Part shown: in pieces, positions 48,806 to 58,241 of the stretch
How the letters are laid out: every line of letters begins with the position of its first letter
Numbering within the stretch: the first letter of the stretch is position 1
Assembly: GCA_017547845.1 (NCBI GenBank)
Contig: JAFYNZ010000026.1
Coordinates: 1,594-65,593 of the forward strand
Length of the DNA: 64,000 nt
Source of the DNA: Muribaculaceae bacterium
Lineage (GTDB): Bacteria > Bacteroidota > Bacteroidia > Bacteroidales > Muribaculaceae
Reading direction: 5' to 3'
Notes under the pieces: generated by a model
What the model was told of the DNA's origin: nothing
Seen by the model: only the letters and a program-made list of their open reading frames with translations
Database searches by the model: none
Position numbers and translations under genes: made by a program

Positions 48806-48866
48806 GTTACTTGGCATCCGTCTCATATCCTAAGTCTTTGCAGTGCAATAATGCTCAAGAGTATAA

Positions 48867-48903
48867 AAGCCTTCGCTCGACTATTCCGGCCGAGCGAAGG
48901 CTT
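48867..48903. terminator. GC-rich hairpin downstream of the PEGA/FGE gene
   Basis: aagccttcgctcg-N11-cgagcgaaggctt perfect 13-bp stem. Confidence 0.65.
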
Positions 48904-49301
48904 TGAAGGGGCAGGCTATTGCTAACTTTAAGGTTTGGTATCCCTTTGGATGAATCGAGGGTGTATGATTGGGTAAAAAATCGTAATCGTTGGCAAATCT
49001 TGGTGAAATATCGGGTTAAGTTTGTGGAAATCATCAACAATTTGTAATTTTGTGAATTATTATATTAGGGTAGGTGTCGACCATCGTGTCGTCGCTCGAT
49101 GCTTGATGTAGTAATCTCTCGCTGCAAGCTGTCATTGGATAGTGAGGTGGTGGGATACAGATAAGTGTGTAAAACAATGTTGTCTAAGGCTTCAGCGATA
49201 AGGTCAGTCTCACTTCTGCAGGAGGGACGATGACAATGAAGCAACAGGCAATTGAATTAATTAAATCCGTGAAACAATAGGGATTTCCCAAAATAGCGAA
49301 T

Positions 49302-50144
49302 ATGGAAGAAAACTATGAAATAAAGCCGGAGGTCTTGACCTATGAAGATGTTGTCGAGATGGCTCCATTTTTTAAGGGACGTAGAAAGTTGGTTAATGCT
49401 ATCTTTCGCTTGTTGGCGATTGACAAGGTGAATGGCGTGCATTCGCGTCATTACACCAAGCCCGGTATTCCGTTTTCTCACGCCTTGATAGAAGAGGAGT
49501 TCAAGATTGGTCTGCGTGTCGATAATGAAGAGGTGTTGGAGCGTTTCAAAGAGGGAGCGTTTATCACTGTGAGCAACCACCCTCTCGGAGCGTTGGACGG
49601 CATAACGTTGCTCCATCTTGTCGGTCGTCATCGCCCTGACTTTAAGGTGATGGTCAACATGTTTTTGAATCACATTTCGGCGATGCGTCCGAGCTTTATC
49701 GCAGTCGATCCGTTTGCGAGCGACGACCCTGTGAAGAAAGCGACATCGGTCAAAGGGATTCGCGAGGCGATTAAGCGTGTGAAATCGGGCAGTCCTATCG
49801 GATTCTTCCCTGCAGGTGCGATGTCAAGAGTCAACAAGGAACTACGCATCATGGACCGTGAGTGGCAGCCGACAATCCTCAATCTTATTCGCAAGTTGGA
49901 GGTGCCGGTGGTGCCAATCTATTTCCACGACCGTAATAGTGCGATTTTCAATATCTTGGGCGCTATCAGTTGGCAGTTGCGCACATTGCGTCTGCCGACA
50001 GAAGTGTTCTTGCGTCAGGGCAAGCAGATGCACATCAGCATCGGCGAGCCAATCTCGGTCGAAGAGCAGAAGCAATGTGGCTCAATCGAAGAGTTGGGCA
50101 AGTATTTATACGACAAAACATATTCACTTAGAAGCTATAAGTAA
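49302..50144 (+). CDS. Lysophospholipid acyltransferase (PlsC superfamily)
   Basis: VSNHPLGALDG (HxxxxD), FFPAG, VVPIYF. Confidence 0.88.
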   Translation: MEENYEIKPEVLTYEDVVEMAPFFKGRRKLVNAIFRLLAIDKVNGVHSRHYTKPGIPFSHALIEEEFKIGLRVDNEEVLERFKEGAFITVSNHPLGALDGITLLHLVGRHRPDFKVMVNMFLNHISAMRPSFIAVDPFASDDPVKKATSVKGIREAIKRVKSGSPIGFFPAGAMSRVNKELRIMDREWQPTILNLIRKLEVPVVPIYFHDRNSAIFNILGAISWQLRTLRLPTEVFLRQGKQMHISIGEPISVEEQKQCGSIEELGKYLYDKTYSLRSYK

Positions 50145-50150
50145 TAATAT

Positions 50151-51425
50151 ATGAATGGCAATGTCAACATATCGGCTGAAGTGCGTCAAGCCATGCAGCG
50201 ATTCTCAATCGTGGGTAACTCTCCGGCACTCATCAATGCAGTGCAGAGAGCCATCAAGGTTGCTCCGATTGACCTGTCGGTATTGGTGACAGGAGAGAGT
50301 GGTAGTGGTAAGGAGTTTTTTCCGAAGATTATCCACAACTACGGCTCTCGTAAGCACAACAAGTACATCGCAGTCAACTGTGGCGCAATCCCGGAAGGCA
50401 CGATCGACAGCGAATTGTTTGGCCACGAGAAAGGGTCGTTCACCGGTGCTATCTCAGCTCGTAAGGGCTACTTTGAGGAGGCCAATGGTGGCACAATATT
50501 CCTCGATGAAGTGGCTGAATTGCCGATGACCACGCAGGCGCGACTGTTGCGTGTGCTTGAGACGGGTGAGTTTATCAAGGTGGGCTCGTCGGCTGTACAG
50601 AAGACCAATATCCGCATCGTTGCAGCGACCAATGTCGACCTTGTCAAGGCTGTGGCAGAGGGCAAGTTTCGTGAAGACCTCTACTATCGTCTTTCGACCA
50701 TACAGATTCAAGTGCCGCCGTTGAACGCTCGTGGTGGTGATATTGCGTTGCTTGCCAGAATGTTTGCAAGCAATTTTGCTGAGAAATATATGACTCCTCA
50801 AGTCACATTCAGCGAAGATGCACGCCGTGTCATGATGCTATATCGTTGGCCGGGCAATGTGCGTCAGCTCAAGAATGTCGTGGAGCAGATAGCACTCTTC
50901 AATGCCGGCGAAGAGGTGTCGGGTGATGTGCTTAAAGAATACTTGCCGAAGACCGGCATGGAAGGCACTTCGCTTGTCGCTGCACCGCGCACTGTCTCTT
51001 ATGAGGCTGAGCGCGAGATACTCTGGCAGATGATCAGCGTTATGAAACGTGAGCTTGACGAGCTCAAGAGTGTGATGTCGCAGGGTGTCGATGTGAGTAC
51101 GACTCCCGGCGTAATCGATGATCAACGACCATTCCCGGTTTCACCTCGTGCGTCGATAAAATACCCCGAGGAGGATTATGTGCAGGCAGAAGAGTCGATT
51201 TCGCTTGACGACGATGAACGCGACCCACTCATTCGTCCACTCAAACGAAGTGCCGCTGTCAGAAGAAGAGCGTCCGAAGAGCCGATTTCGCTTGAAGACA
51301 CCGAGCGAGAAGCTATCATTCGCGCCCTTGAACGCAATGGTGGCTCACGCAGAAAGGCCGCAGAGGAATTGGAGATTTCGGAGCGTACGCTTTATCGCAA
51401 AATAAAGGATTACGGATTAGACTAA
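50151..51425 (+). CDS. Sigma-54-interaction-domain AAA+ regulator with Fis HTH
   Basis: GESGSGKE, SELFGHEKGSFTGA, FLDEV, FREDLYYRL, WPGNVRQL, ISERTLYRKIK. Confidence 0.92.
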   Translation: MNGNVNISAEVRQAMQRFSIVGNSPALINAVQRAIKVAPIDLSVLVTGESGSGKEFFPKIIHNYGSRKHNKYIAVNCGAIPEGTIDSELFGHEKGSFTGAISARKGYFEEANGGTIFLDEVAELPMTTQARLLRVLETGEFIKVGSSAVQKTNIRIVAATNVDLVKAVAEGKFREDLYYRLSTIQIQVPPLNARGGDIALLARMFASNFAEKYMTPQVTFSEDARRVMMLYRWPGNVRQLKNVVEQIALFNAGEEVSGDVLKEYLPKTGMEGTSLVAAPRTVSYEAEREILWQMISVMKRELDELKSVMSQGVDVSTTPGVIDDQRPFPVSPRASIKYPEEDYVQAEESISLDDDERDPLIRPLKRSAAVRRRASEEPISLEDTEREAIIRALERNGGSRRKAAEELEISERTLYRKIKDYGLD

Positions 51426-51965
51426 ATGCGACTTATGGATATGAAGACAGTGTTGCGTAAGACCTATCTATATATCGTGGCATGCATAGTGATGCTTGCT
51501 ACGCAAGGGTGTACGATAAGCTACAAGTTCAATGGTACGGCCATCAACTACGACATCTATCGCACAATCGATGTCGGCGAGTTTCCGATTCGTGCGGCGT
51601 TGGTCTATCCTCCTTTGCAACAGACATTTGAGAACGAATTGCTTGATGCCATCTCTCGCCAAACGCGTCTGCAAGAGGTGGACTCTAATTCCGACCTCGA
51701 GATGACGGGCGAAATCACAGGCTACACCTTGACACCGCAAGCCGTAGGCGAAGATGCTTATGCTACACAGACGCGTCTGACTATCACCATTCGCGTCAGA
51801 TACACCGACAATAAGAATCCGTCCAACAGCAAAGACGAGAACTTCTCGGCCTATCGCGACTTCTCGAGTTCAGAGATGTTGACAGATGTGCAAGACGAGT
51901 TGTGTCAGCAGATTTGCGAAGAGTTGGTCGACTTGATATTTAACTCAACGCTTGGTAACTGGTAG
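51426..51965 (+). CDS. lptE: LPS assembly lipoprotein LptE (Bacteroidetes type)
   Basis: Lipobox TQGC-TISYKFNG; TRLTITIRVRY; IFNSTLGNW; conserved context. Confidence 0.8.
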   Translation: MRLMDMKTVLRKTYLYIVACIVMLATQGCTISYKFNGTAINYDIYRTIDVGEFPIRAALVYPPLQQTFENELLDAISRQTRLQEVDSNSDLEMTGEITGYTLTPQAVGEDAYATQTRLTITIRVRYTDNKNPSNSKDENFSAYRDFSSSEMLTDVQDELCQQICEELVDLIFNSTLGNW

Positions 51966-51974
51966 AATACGACT

Positions 51975-52727
51975 ATGGATACAAGATTGAAAGCATCGTT
52001 GAACGGAAATGCCACGCTGACAGATGTCGACATCGCTCAGTGGGCGAAGAGCGACCCATATTTTGTGGTGCCTAAAGTGTTGTTGCTCACCGATGGAGAG
52101 AAACCTGATGCAGAGAGCCGTCGAAGGTTGATTGCTCAGTTGGCAATCGCTGTAGGCGACAGAGAGGAGTTGGCGTCGGTGGTAGGCGATGATGTGCTAT
52201 CGTTCGGCGACTTTTATCCCGATGCCGAGGTGCAGAAGGTCAGCACGACGAGCGTGATCGACTCATTCCTCGACACATTCGCGCCGGCAGATAGCAAAGA
52301 GACAGAGTTGCTCTCAAAGGTGTTGTTCAGCACCACCCCCGATTATGCGGCACAATTGGCCTACGAAGAGCGTCACAACCCGGTGACTGTCGATGGTCCG
52401 AAGAGCGAGGCCGATCGTCTGATAGATCGTTTCATCGATATGGATCGCGGTGGAGAAGCGAAGCCGGAGACCCCTGCTGTCGAGACTCCGAAAAGTGACG
52501 AATCGGAAAAATTGACCAATGAGACGGCTCCGACCAAAACTGTCGCTCAAGAGTCGGAAAATACCTCATTGACTGAAAGTTTTGCCCGCGTAATGATAAA
52601 AAACGGCAATTATCGCAAGGCTTTGCAAATTATTACCGAGTTAAGTTTGAATAATCCGGAAAAAAGTATTTACTTTGCAGACCAAATCCGATTTTTGAAA
52701 AAATTGATTATTAACGAAAATAACTAA
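51975..52727 (+). CDS. Conserved hypothetical protein with C-terminal TPR-like helix
   Basis: LTESFARVMIKNGNYRKAL...PEKSIYFADQIRFL; lies between lptE and secG. Confidence 0.75.
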   Translation: MDTRLKASLNGNATLTDVDIAQWAKSDPYFVVPKVLLLTDGEKPDAESRRRLIAQLAIAVGDREELASVVGDDVLSFGDFYPDAEVQKVSTTSVIDSFLDTFAPADSKETELLSKVLFSTTPDYAAQLAYEERHNPVTVDGPKSEADRLIDRFIDMDRGGEAKPETPAVETPKSDESEKLTNETAPTKTVAQESENTSLTESFARVMIKNGNYRKALQIITELSLNNPEKSIYFADQIRFLKKLIINENN

Positions 52728-52735
52728 TACGAAAA

Positions 52736-53098
52736 ATGTACATCTTTTTATCAGTTTTGATTGTAATCGCATCGTTGCTTTTGATTGGTGCTGTGTTGAT
52801 TCAAAAGTCTAAGGGCGGTGGTTTGGCTTCAAACTATGCAAGCGGCAACCAGATTATGGGTTATCGTAAGACAACAGACTTCATCGAGAAGGCAACTTGG
52901 GGTCTTGCTATCTTCATCTGCGTATGCGCTATCGCTTCTGCATTCACAGTTCCTCACGCTGTAAATAAGTCTGGCATCGAGCAAGTACAAGCTCCTGCGA
53001 CTACTAACACTGCTGCTCCTGCTGCTGAAAAGCAAGCTGCTCCTGCTCCTGCCGCTGAAGCTCCTGCTGCAGAAGCCCCAGCTACTCCAGCTAACTAA
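52736..53098 (+). CDS. secG: Preprotein translocase subunit SecG
   Basis: VLIQKSKGGGL, FIEKATW; two TM segments and an Ala/Pro tail. Confidence 0.93.
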   Translation: MYIFLSVLIVIASLLLIGAVLIQKSKGGGLASNYASGNQIMGYRKTTDFIEKATWGLAIFICVCAIASAFTVPHAVNKSGIEQVQAPATTNTAAPAAEKQAAPAPAAEAPAAEAPATPAN

Positions 53099-53129
53099 GC
53101 AATCGATTAGATTAGTCTCATATCACGAC

Positions 53130-53160
53130 TGAGAGTATTGAATCTTCAATGCTCTCATTT
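53130..53160 (+). terminator. Hairpin terminator after secG
   Basis: tgagagtattgaa-tc-ttcaatgctctca-ttt. Confidence 0.65.
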
Positions 53161-53302
53161 GTCGTATCTTGTCGGATGTATACGATAGGGGATGTATCCG
53201 ATAGAATTTGTTAATAGCGTGAACTAAATTAATTGTCGGTTGTTATTTGCATGCAAGGCGAAAAAGTTTGCCTTGTATCAATGACTTAAAACCGATAATG
53301 CT

Positions 53303-54628
53303 ATGAATAAACACTTGTCTGTCACGCTATGCTTGTTGCTGTTTGTTTCTGTCGGCGGAGCGCAAACACTGACTCTCGACTCATGTCGTCGTCTCGCTGT
53401 CAACAATAGCAAGACCATCAAGGTGGCTCAGGAAAAAATCAATGCAGCCCGTTATGAAAGGAAAGCCGCTCGGTCGTTATATTTCCCGGCGTTGGATTTT
53501 AATGCTATCTATTTTCATAACCAGCATAATGTCTCGCTATTCGGTCATAGCGATTTGTTGCCGGCTATTTCGTCGTTATTGACTTTTGATGTCCGAAATG
53601 TTTATGCCGGAGCGTTGACCTTGACTCAGCCGGTCTTTACGGGAGGAAAAATCATGACTTTAAATAGGATGGCAGACAGAGCCGGAAAGATTGCAGGTTA
53701 TGAATACGAAAACGCAGTTCAAAATATTGTATTTCAGGTGGATGAAGCATATTGGACTGTCGTTTCGTTGCAAAGTAAATGCGTCCTTGCCGATAGCTAT
53801 GTCTCGCTGCTCGACACATTGTCGTTTAACGTCAATGAAATGTACTTGCAAGGGGTTGCGACAAAGAGTGATTGCCTTTCTGTCGAGGTTAAGAGCAGCG
53901 AAGCAAGATTGGCACAACTTAAGGCAAATAACGGGTTGTCTTTGGCAAAAATGGCATTAGCGCAATTGTGTGGGCTTGAGATCACCGACGATTTCGAAAT
54001 TGCAGATAATTTAAGTTTGGAAGATAAATTGAATGTTATGCCAAATTCGGTTGATATTCTGCACGTTTATGATAAGCGTCGCGATATCAGGATGTTGGTT
54101 GAGGCAGTCGATTTATCTCGTCAGAATGAGCGATTGGCGTTGTCGGAAATGTTGCCTAAATTAGTGGTCGTTGGGGCATATGCCTTCACAAATCCTAATT
54201 TGATAGATGGATTTGAAAACAGGTTTGGGGGAGGATTCAGTGTGGGAGCGACACTTTCGATACCACTTTGGCATTGGGGTGGCAATTACAACAAATTGCG
54301 GTCGGCAAAGGTACAAACCGCAGTGTCGCGATTAGTGCTTGAAGATGCTGAGGAAATGGTCGAATTGCAAGTGCGACAGGCTGAACAGCGACTCAAAGAA
54401 GCCGAAACGGCTGTAATGATAGCAGATAAAAATTTATCGTTGGCAGAGGAGAATATGCGTAACGCCAATCTTGGTTTTGAAGAAGGAGTTGTCGCTGTGG
54501 ATGTGGTGCTGGCTGCACATGCGGCATGGAGGCAAGCTAAAGCTGAGGCGCTTGATGCGCATATAGCGTTGAGGTTGGGGTCTTTGCATCTTCAGAAAGT
54601 TATGGGTGAAGAGCTTGACGACAGATAA
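53303..54628 (+). CDS. TolC family outer-membrane efflux protein
   Basis: Signal peptide; LTLDSC, LTQPVFTGG, LSIPLWHWG. Confidence 0.9.
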   Translation: MNKHLSVTLCLLLFVSVGGAQTLTLDSCRRLAVNNSKTIKVAQEKINAARYERKAARSLYFPALDFNAIYFHNQHNVSLFGHSDLLPAISSLLTFDVRNVYAGALTLTQPVFTGGKIMTLNRMADRAGKIAGYEYENAVQNIVFQVDEAYWTVVSLQSKCVLADSYVSLLDTLSFNVNEMYLQGVATKSDCLSVEVKSSEARLAQLKANNGLSLAKMALAQLCGLEITDDFEIADNLSLEDKLNVMPNSVDILHVYDKRRDIRMLVEAVDLSRQNERLALSEMLPKLVVVGAYAFTNPNLIDGFENRFGGGFSVGATLSIPLWHWGGNYNKLRSAKVQTAVSRLVLEDAEEMVELQVRQAEQRLKEAETAVMIADKNLSLAEENMRNANLGFEEGVVAVDVVLAAHAAWRQAKAEALDAHIALRLGSLHLQKVMGEELDDR

Positions 54629-54686
54629 CATTTTTAGGTGTCAAATATTAGCTGAAAAATATAGAAACTCAAAATAAGCAAAAAGT

Positions 54687-55691
54687 ATGAATACGGATAA
54701 TCATTCAAGACAGGTAGTCAAGAAGAAAGAAAAAGATTTGACAGTTATGGTTGTGGCTATTATAATGGCAGTGGCGCTCGTGTCGATTTTGGGTTTTGTG
54801 ATGATAAAACCACCACAACCGACTGTGCAAGGTCAAGTGGATGCAGAAGAAATCAGAATATCAGGAGCACTGCCTGGCAGGGTTGAAAAAATCTATGTAA
54901 ACGAAGGAGATAGAGTGACAAAAGGTGATACGTTGGTGAAAATATATTCTTCGTTGATGGAGGCAAAATTAATGCAAGCAAAAGCAATGGAGCAAGTTGC
55001 ATCGGCAACAAATAAGAAGGTCGATAGCGGCACTCGGGATAAAATAATAGATGCAGCGCGTGAAGTGTGGCAACAAGCCGTCGCAGCATTATCGATAGCG
55101 CAAAAGACTTATCAGCGCATGGAGAGACTGTTTGCTCAAGGAGTCATCAGTGAGCAGAGAAGAGATGAGGCAGAGGCTGCATACGAAGCAGCATCGGCGG
55201 CAGAGAAAGCCGCTTTAAGTCAGTATGAATTGGCAAAAGAGGGAGCGCAGAAGGAAGACAAAGAAGCATCAGCGGCAATGCTTTCTGCAGCCAAGGGTGG
55301 TGTTGATGAGGTGGATGCGTTTATGGACGACACTTATCTGACAGCGCCCGAAGACGGGGTGATTACAGAAATTTACCCTCGCGTCAGCGAATTGGTTGCG
55401 ACCGGTGCTCCGATGATGTCGTTGCTGAAAGATGATCTTTGGATAGAGTTTAATGTCAAAGAGACGATGTTGCGAGAGGTCGGAGAAGATAGCGTGCTGA
55501 AAGTCTATCTTCCGGCGCTTGATAAAACGATAGAGGCAAAAGTCTTTTATATAAAGGACATGGGGACTTATGCCAATTGGCAAGCGACCAAGGCGACAGG
55601 CGACTATGATGTGCGTACGTTCAGAGTGAAAGCACGACCGAATGTGTTAGTCGAAGGATTGCGTCCGGGAATGTCGGCAGTGCTTCGTTAA
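54687..55691 (+). CDS. HlyD family periplasmic adaptor
   Basis: PGRVEKIYVNEGDRVTKGDTL, LTAPEDG, GLRPGMS. Confidence 0.9.
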   Translation: MNTDNHSRQVVKKKEKDLTVMVVAIIMAVALVSILGFVMIKPPQPTVQGQVDAEEIRISGALPGRVEKIYVNEGDRVTKGDTLVKIYSSLMEAKLMQAKAMEQVASATNKKVDSGTRDKIIDAAREVWQQAVAALSIAQKTYQRMERLFAQGVISEQRRDEAEAAYEAASAAEKAALSQYELAKEGAQKEDKEASAAMLSAAKGGVDEVDAFMDDTYLTAPEDGVITEIYPRVSELVATGAPMMSLLKDDLWIEFNVKETMLREVGEDSVLKVYLPALDKTIEAKVFYIKDMGTYANWQATKATGDYDVRTFRVKARPNVLVEGLRPGMSAVLR

Positions 55692-55706
55692 GGATAGGAG
55701 GGGAAG

Positions 55707-56867
55707 ATGAAGAGTTTTATATTGGTATTCAAGCGAAGTGTCAGACCATTGGCAAGTCGGCGGATTTATTGGCTGACGATGGTTGTCATGCCATTGTTTT
55801 GCATGATTTTTCTGACCGATTTGCTTCGCGAGGGATTGCCTATAAAGGCGCCGGCTGCCGTGGTGGATTACGATAGGTCAGAATTATCGCGACGTATGAT
55901 TCAAAGTCTTAATGGCGCGCAAATGTCAAGGATTACAGCCGTCTATGACAATATCGGAGATGCCCGTCGAGCGATGCAACGAGGTGAAATCTATGGGTTC
56001 TATCTGATACCGGAAAATTTCCAATCCGACCTTTTGTCAGTTCGAACGCCTACTGTTTCGTACTATACCAATATGGCATACTATGTGCCTGCTTCGTTGC
56101 TTTATAAAAATTTTACGGCTTCGGCATTGTATGCAAAGGCTGATGTGCTATCCGGGTTGCTTACGGATGTCGGCGTTGATACAGAAGAGATTGTCCCCCT
56201 GCTTCAGCCTATTAATATAGAAGTCAGAGGGTTGTCAAATCCGTGGTTGGATTATGCTGTCTATTTGTGTAATTCGTTTGTCCCTGCGATAATGCAATTG
56301 ATGATATTTCTAACGACGGCATTTGCTGTCTGTCAAGAGATGAAGCGAGCGACTTCGCCGTTGTGGTTGCGATTGGCAAAGGGGTCGGTAATCAGGGCAT
56401 TGTCGGCAAAACTTTTACCTCAGACCATTGGCTGGCAGATAATGATGCTATTTATGCTGTGGTGGTTCTATGGCAAGAATGGATTTGTGATGAATGGTTC
56501 GTGGGGGTGGATGATTTTGTCGGAGATGATGTTTGTGCTTGCGTGTCAAGGATTTGCTCTTTTTGTAGTCGGAGTGTTGCCAAATCTTCGTTTGGCTTTG
56601 TCTGTCGGAGCGTTAGTCGGGGTCTTGTCATTTTCGATAGGGGCATTTTCTTTTCCGTATGAAAGTATGTATGGAAGTATAGGAGTATTCAGTTGGTTGG
56701 TTCCTGTCAGATATAATTTCTTAATATATATCGATCAGGCGTTGAATGGCATAGATGTATATTACTCAAGAATTTTTTATGTTGCGTATATAGTGTTTAT
56801 GCTGCTTCCGTTGTTGGTGATTAAGCGATTGAAACGCGAATTGTTGAATCCGGTGTATGTGCCATGA
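55707..56867 (+). CDS. ABC-2 type permease
   Basis: AVVDYDRSELSR, NPWLDY, C-terminal TM bundle. Confidence 0.85.
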   Translation: MKSFILVFKRSVRPLASRRIYWLTMVVMPLFCMIFLTDLLREGLPIKAPAAVVDYDRSELSRRMIQSLNGAQMSRITAVYDNIGDARRAMQRGEIYGFYLIPENFQSDLLSVRTPTVSYYTNMAYYVPASLLYKNFTASALYAKADVLSGLLTDVGVDTEEIVPLLQPINIEVRGLSNPWLDYAVYLCNSFVPAIMQLMIFLTTAFAVCQEMKRATSPLWLRLAKGSVIRALSAKLLPQTIGWQIMMLFMLWWFYGKNGFVMNGSWGWMILSEMMFVLACQGFALFVVGVLPNLRLALSVGALVGVLSFSIGAFSFPYESMYGSIGVFSWLVPVRYNFLIYIDQALNGIDVYYSRIFYVAYIVFMLLPLLVIKRLKRELLNPVYVP

Positions 56868-56879
56868 AATCAAAATGTT

Positions 56880-58052
56880 ATGCGACGTAGAATTAGACTT
56901 TTTGTACATAGAATTGTCAGTGAGTTTCGGTCGGAAATAAAAGCAGTGGTCAGCGATTTGGGAGTAATGATATTTGTCGTATTGCTCCCATTGGCATATC
57001 CGGTGGTCTATTCGCTGATCTACAATCCGGAAGTTGTCAAGGATGTCAAGGTAGTAGCAATCGACGACGATAGAAGCAGTCTCAGCAGGGAATTGATTCG
57101 CAATATAGATGCTTCTCCGGAGGTTGATATAATCGGCTATGCTCCTAATATGGATGAGGGTAAAAATATGATGAATATGCACCGGTGCTATGGACTGCTT
57201 TATGTGCCGGAAGGATTTCAGTCGTCGCAGCAAAGAGGCGAGCAGGCGTATGCGATACTATATAGTGACATGAGTCTATTGCTGAGGTATCGAGCGATGT
57301 TGGTGGCGGCGACGAATGTTGCACAACAAATGAGTGCAGAAATCACAAGTATGCGCCTTGCCGCCGACGGAAGCGAAACGATAATATTGGGTGATATACA
57401 AGACGTCTTTGAGATAAAATCGGTGGCAATGGGCGATACTACAGAAGGTTTTGACTCGTTTGTTATGCCCGGAGTCTTGATTTTGATTTTTCAGCAGTGC
57501 ATTATTTTGGTCATCGGAATGCGAGGAGGAGCCAAAAACGAGATGTCCTTGTATAAAACGCATGATAAGAAGCGTGGTGGAAAACACGTGACAGATAAAT
57601 TGATAGGACAAATAGCATGTTATGCGACATTGTTTGTCCCGATAATGATTTATTTGACATACTATGTGCCATTGATGTTTTCGTTTCCAATGATAGGAGA
57701 TGAGTTTGAGATATTATTGTTTTTGGTGCCGATGATGTTGGCTTCCATATTCATGGGTCTGATACTTCAGCGTTTTGTCAGTGAAAGAGAAGCAGTTTTT
57801 ATGATATGGGTAGTGACCTCTATCGTATTCTTGTTTTTGTCGGGGTTGACATGGCCACGCTATGCGATGTCGGATTTGTGGTTGGCGTTGGGCTCGTTTG
57901 TTCCTGCGACATGGGGCATTGAGGGCTTTGTTTTAATGAATTCCTGTGGTGCTGATTTGAGCCAAGTCGGAAAACCTTATTTTATGCTATGGTTGTTGTC
58001 GTTGTTATACGCTTGCGGTGCAATCGCAGTGATGCGATTAAGGCGGAATTAA
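56880..58052 (+). CDS. ABC-2 type permease
   Basis: AIDDDRSSLSRELIR, PGVLILIFQQ, FLSGLTWP. Confidence 0.85.
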   Translation: MRRRIRLFVHRIVSEFRSEIKAVVSDLGVMIFVVLLPLAYPVVYSLIYNPEVVKDVKVVAIDDDRSSLSRELIRNIDASPEVDIIGYAPNMDEGKNMMNMHRCYGLLYVPEGFQSSQQRGEQAYAILYSDMSLLLRYRAMLVAATNVAQQMSAEITSMRLAADGSETIILGDIQDVFEIKSVAMGDTTEGFDSFVMPGVLILIFQQCIILVIGMRGGAKNEMSLYKTHDKKRGGKHVTDKLIGQIACYATLFVPIMIYLTYYVPLMFSFPMIGDEFEILLFLVPMMLASIFMGLILQRFVSEREAVFMIWVVTSIVFLFLSGLTWPRYAMSDLWLALGSFVPATWGIEGFVLMNSCGADLSQVGKPYFMLWLLSLLYACGAIAVMRLRRN

Positions 58053-58241
58053 GACAGAGGAATTAATGGAACCCCCCATAATTCAGCCCATTAAATACTA
58101 TATTTTGTTATTTTATTTTAAATAGTGGTGGAAATGAGAATATTTGGTTATCTTTGCAAATAGATATTGGTCATATTGCAGATGATGTGATAGACTTTAA
58201 TAATGGTGCTTTTTGGAACAAATTTTGTTGCAATCTAAATT

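Noticed and set aside
48806-49301. Searched for a DGR template repeat, RT remnant or riboswitch in this long intergenic region
   Set aside because: No AAC-rich copy of the VR and no recognisable RNA motif; only a hairpin and a TAATTTTG element.
50151-51425. Sigma-54 activator lacking a sensory domain and carrying GSFTGA
   Set aside because: This form in the lptE-secG context is a common Bacteroidetes arrangement.
52990-53095. gctcct/gctgct repeats at the end of secG
   Set aside because: They encode an ordinary Ala/Pro low-complexity tail.
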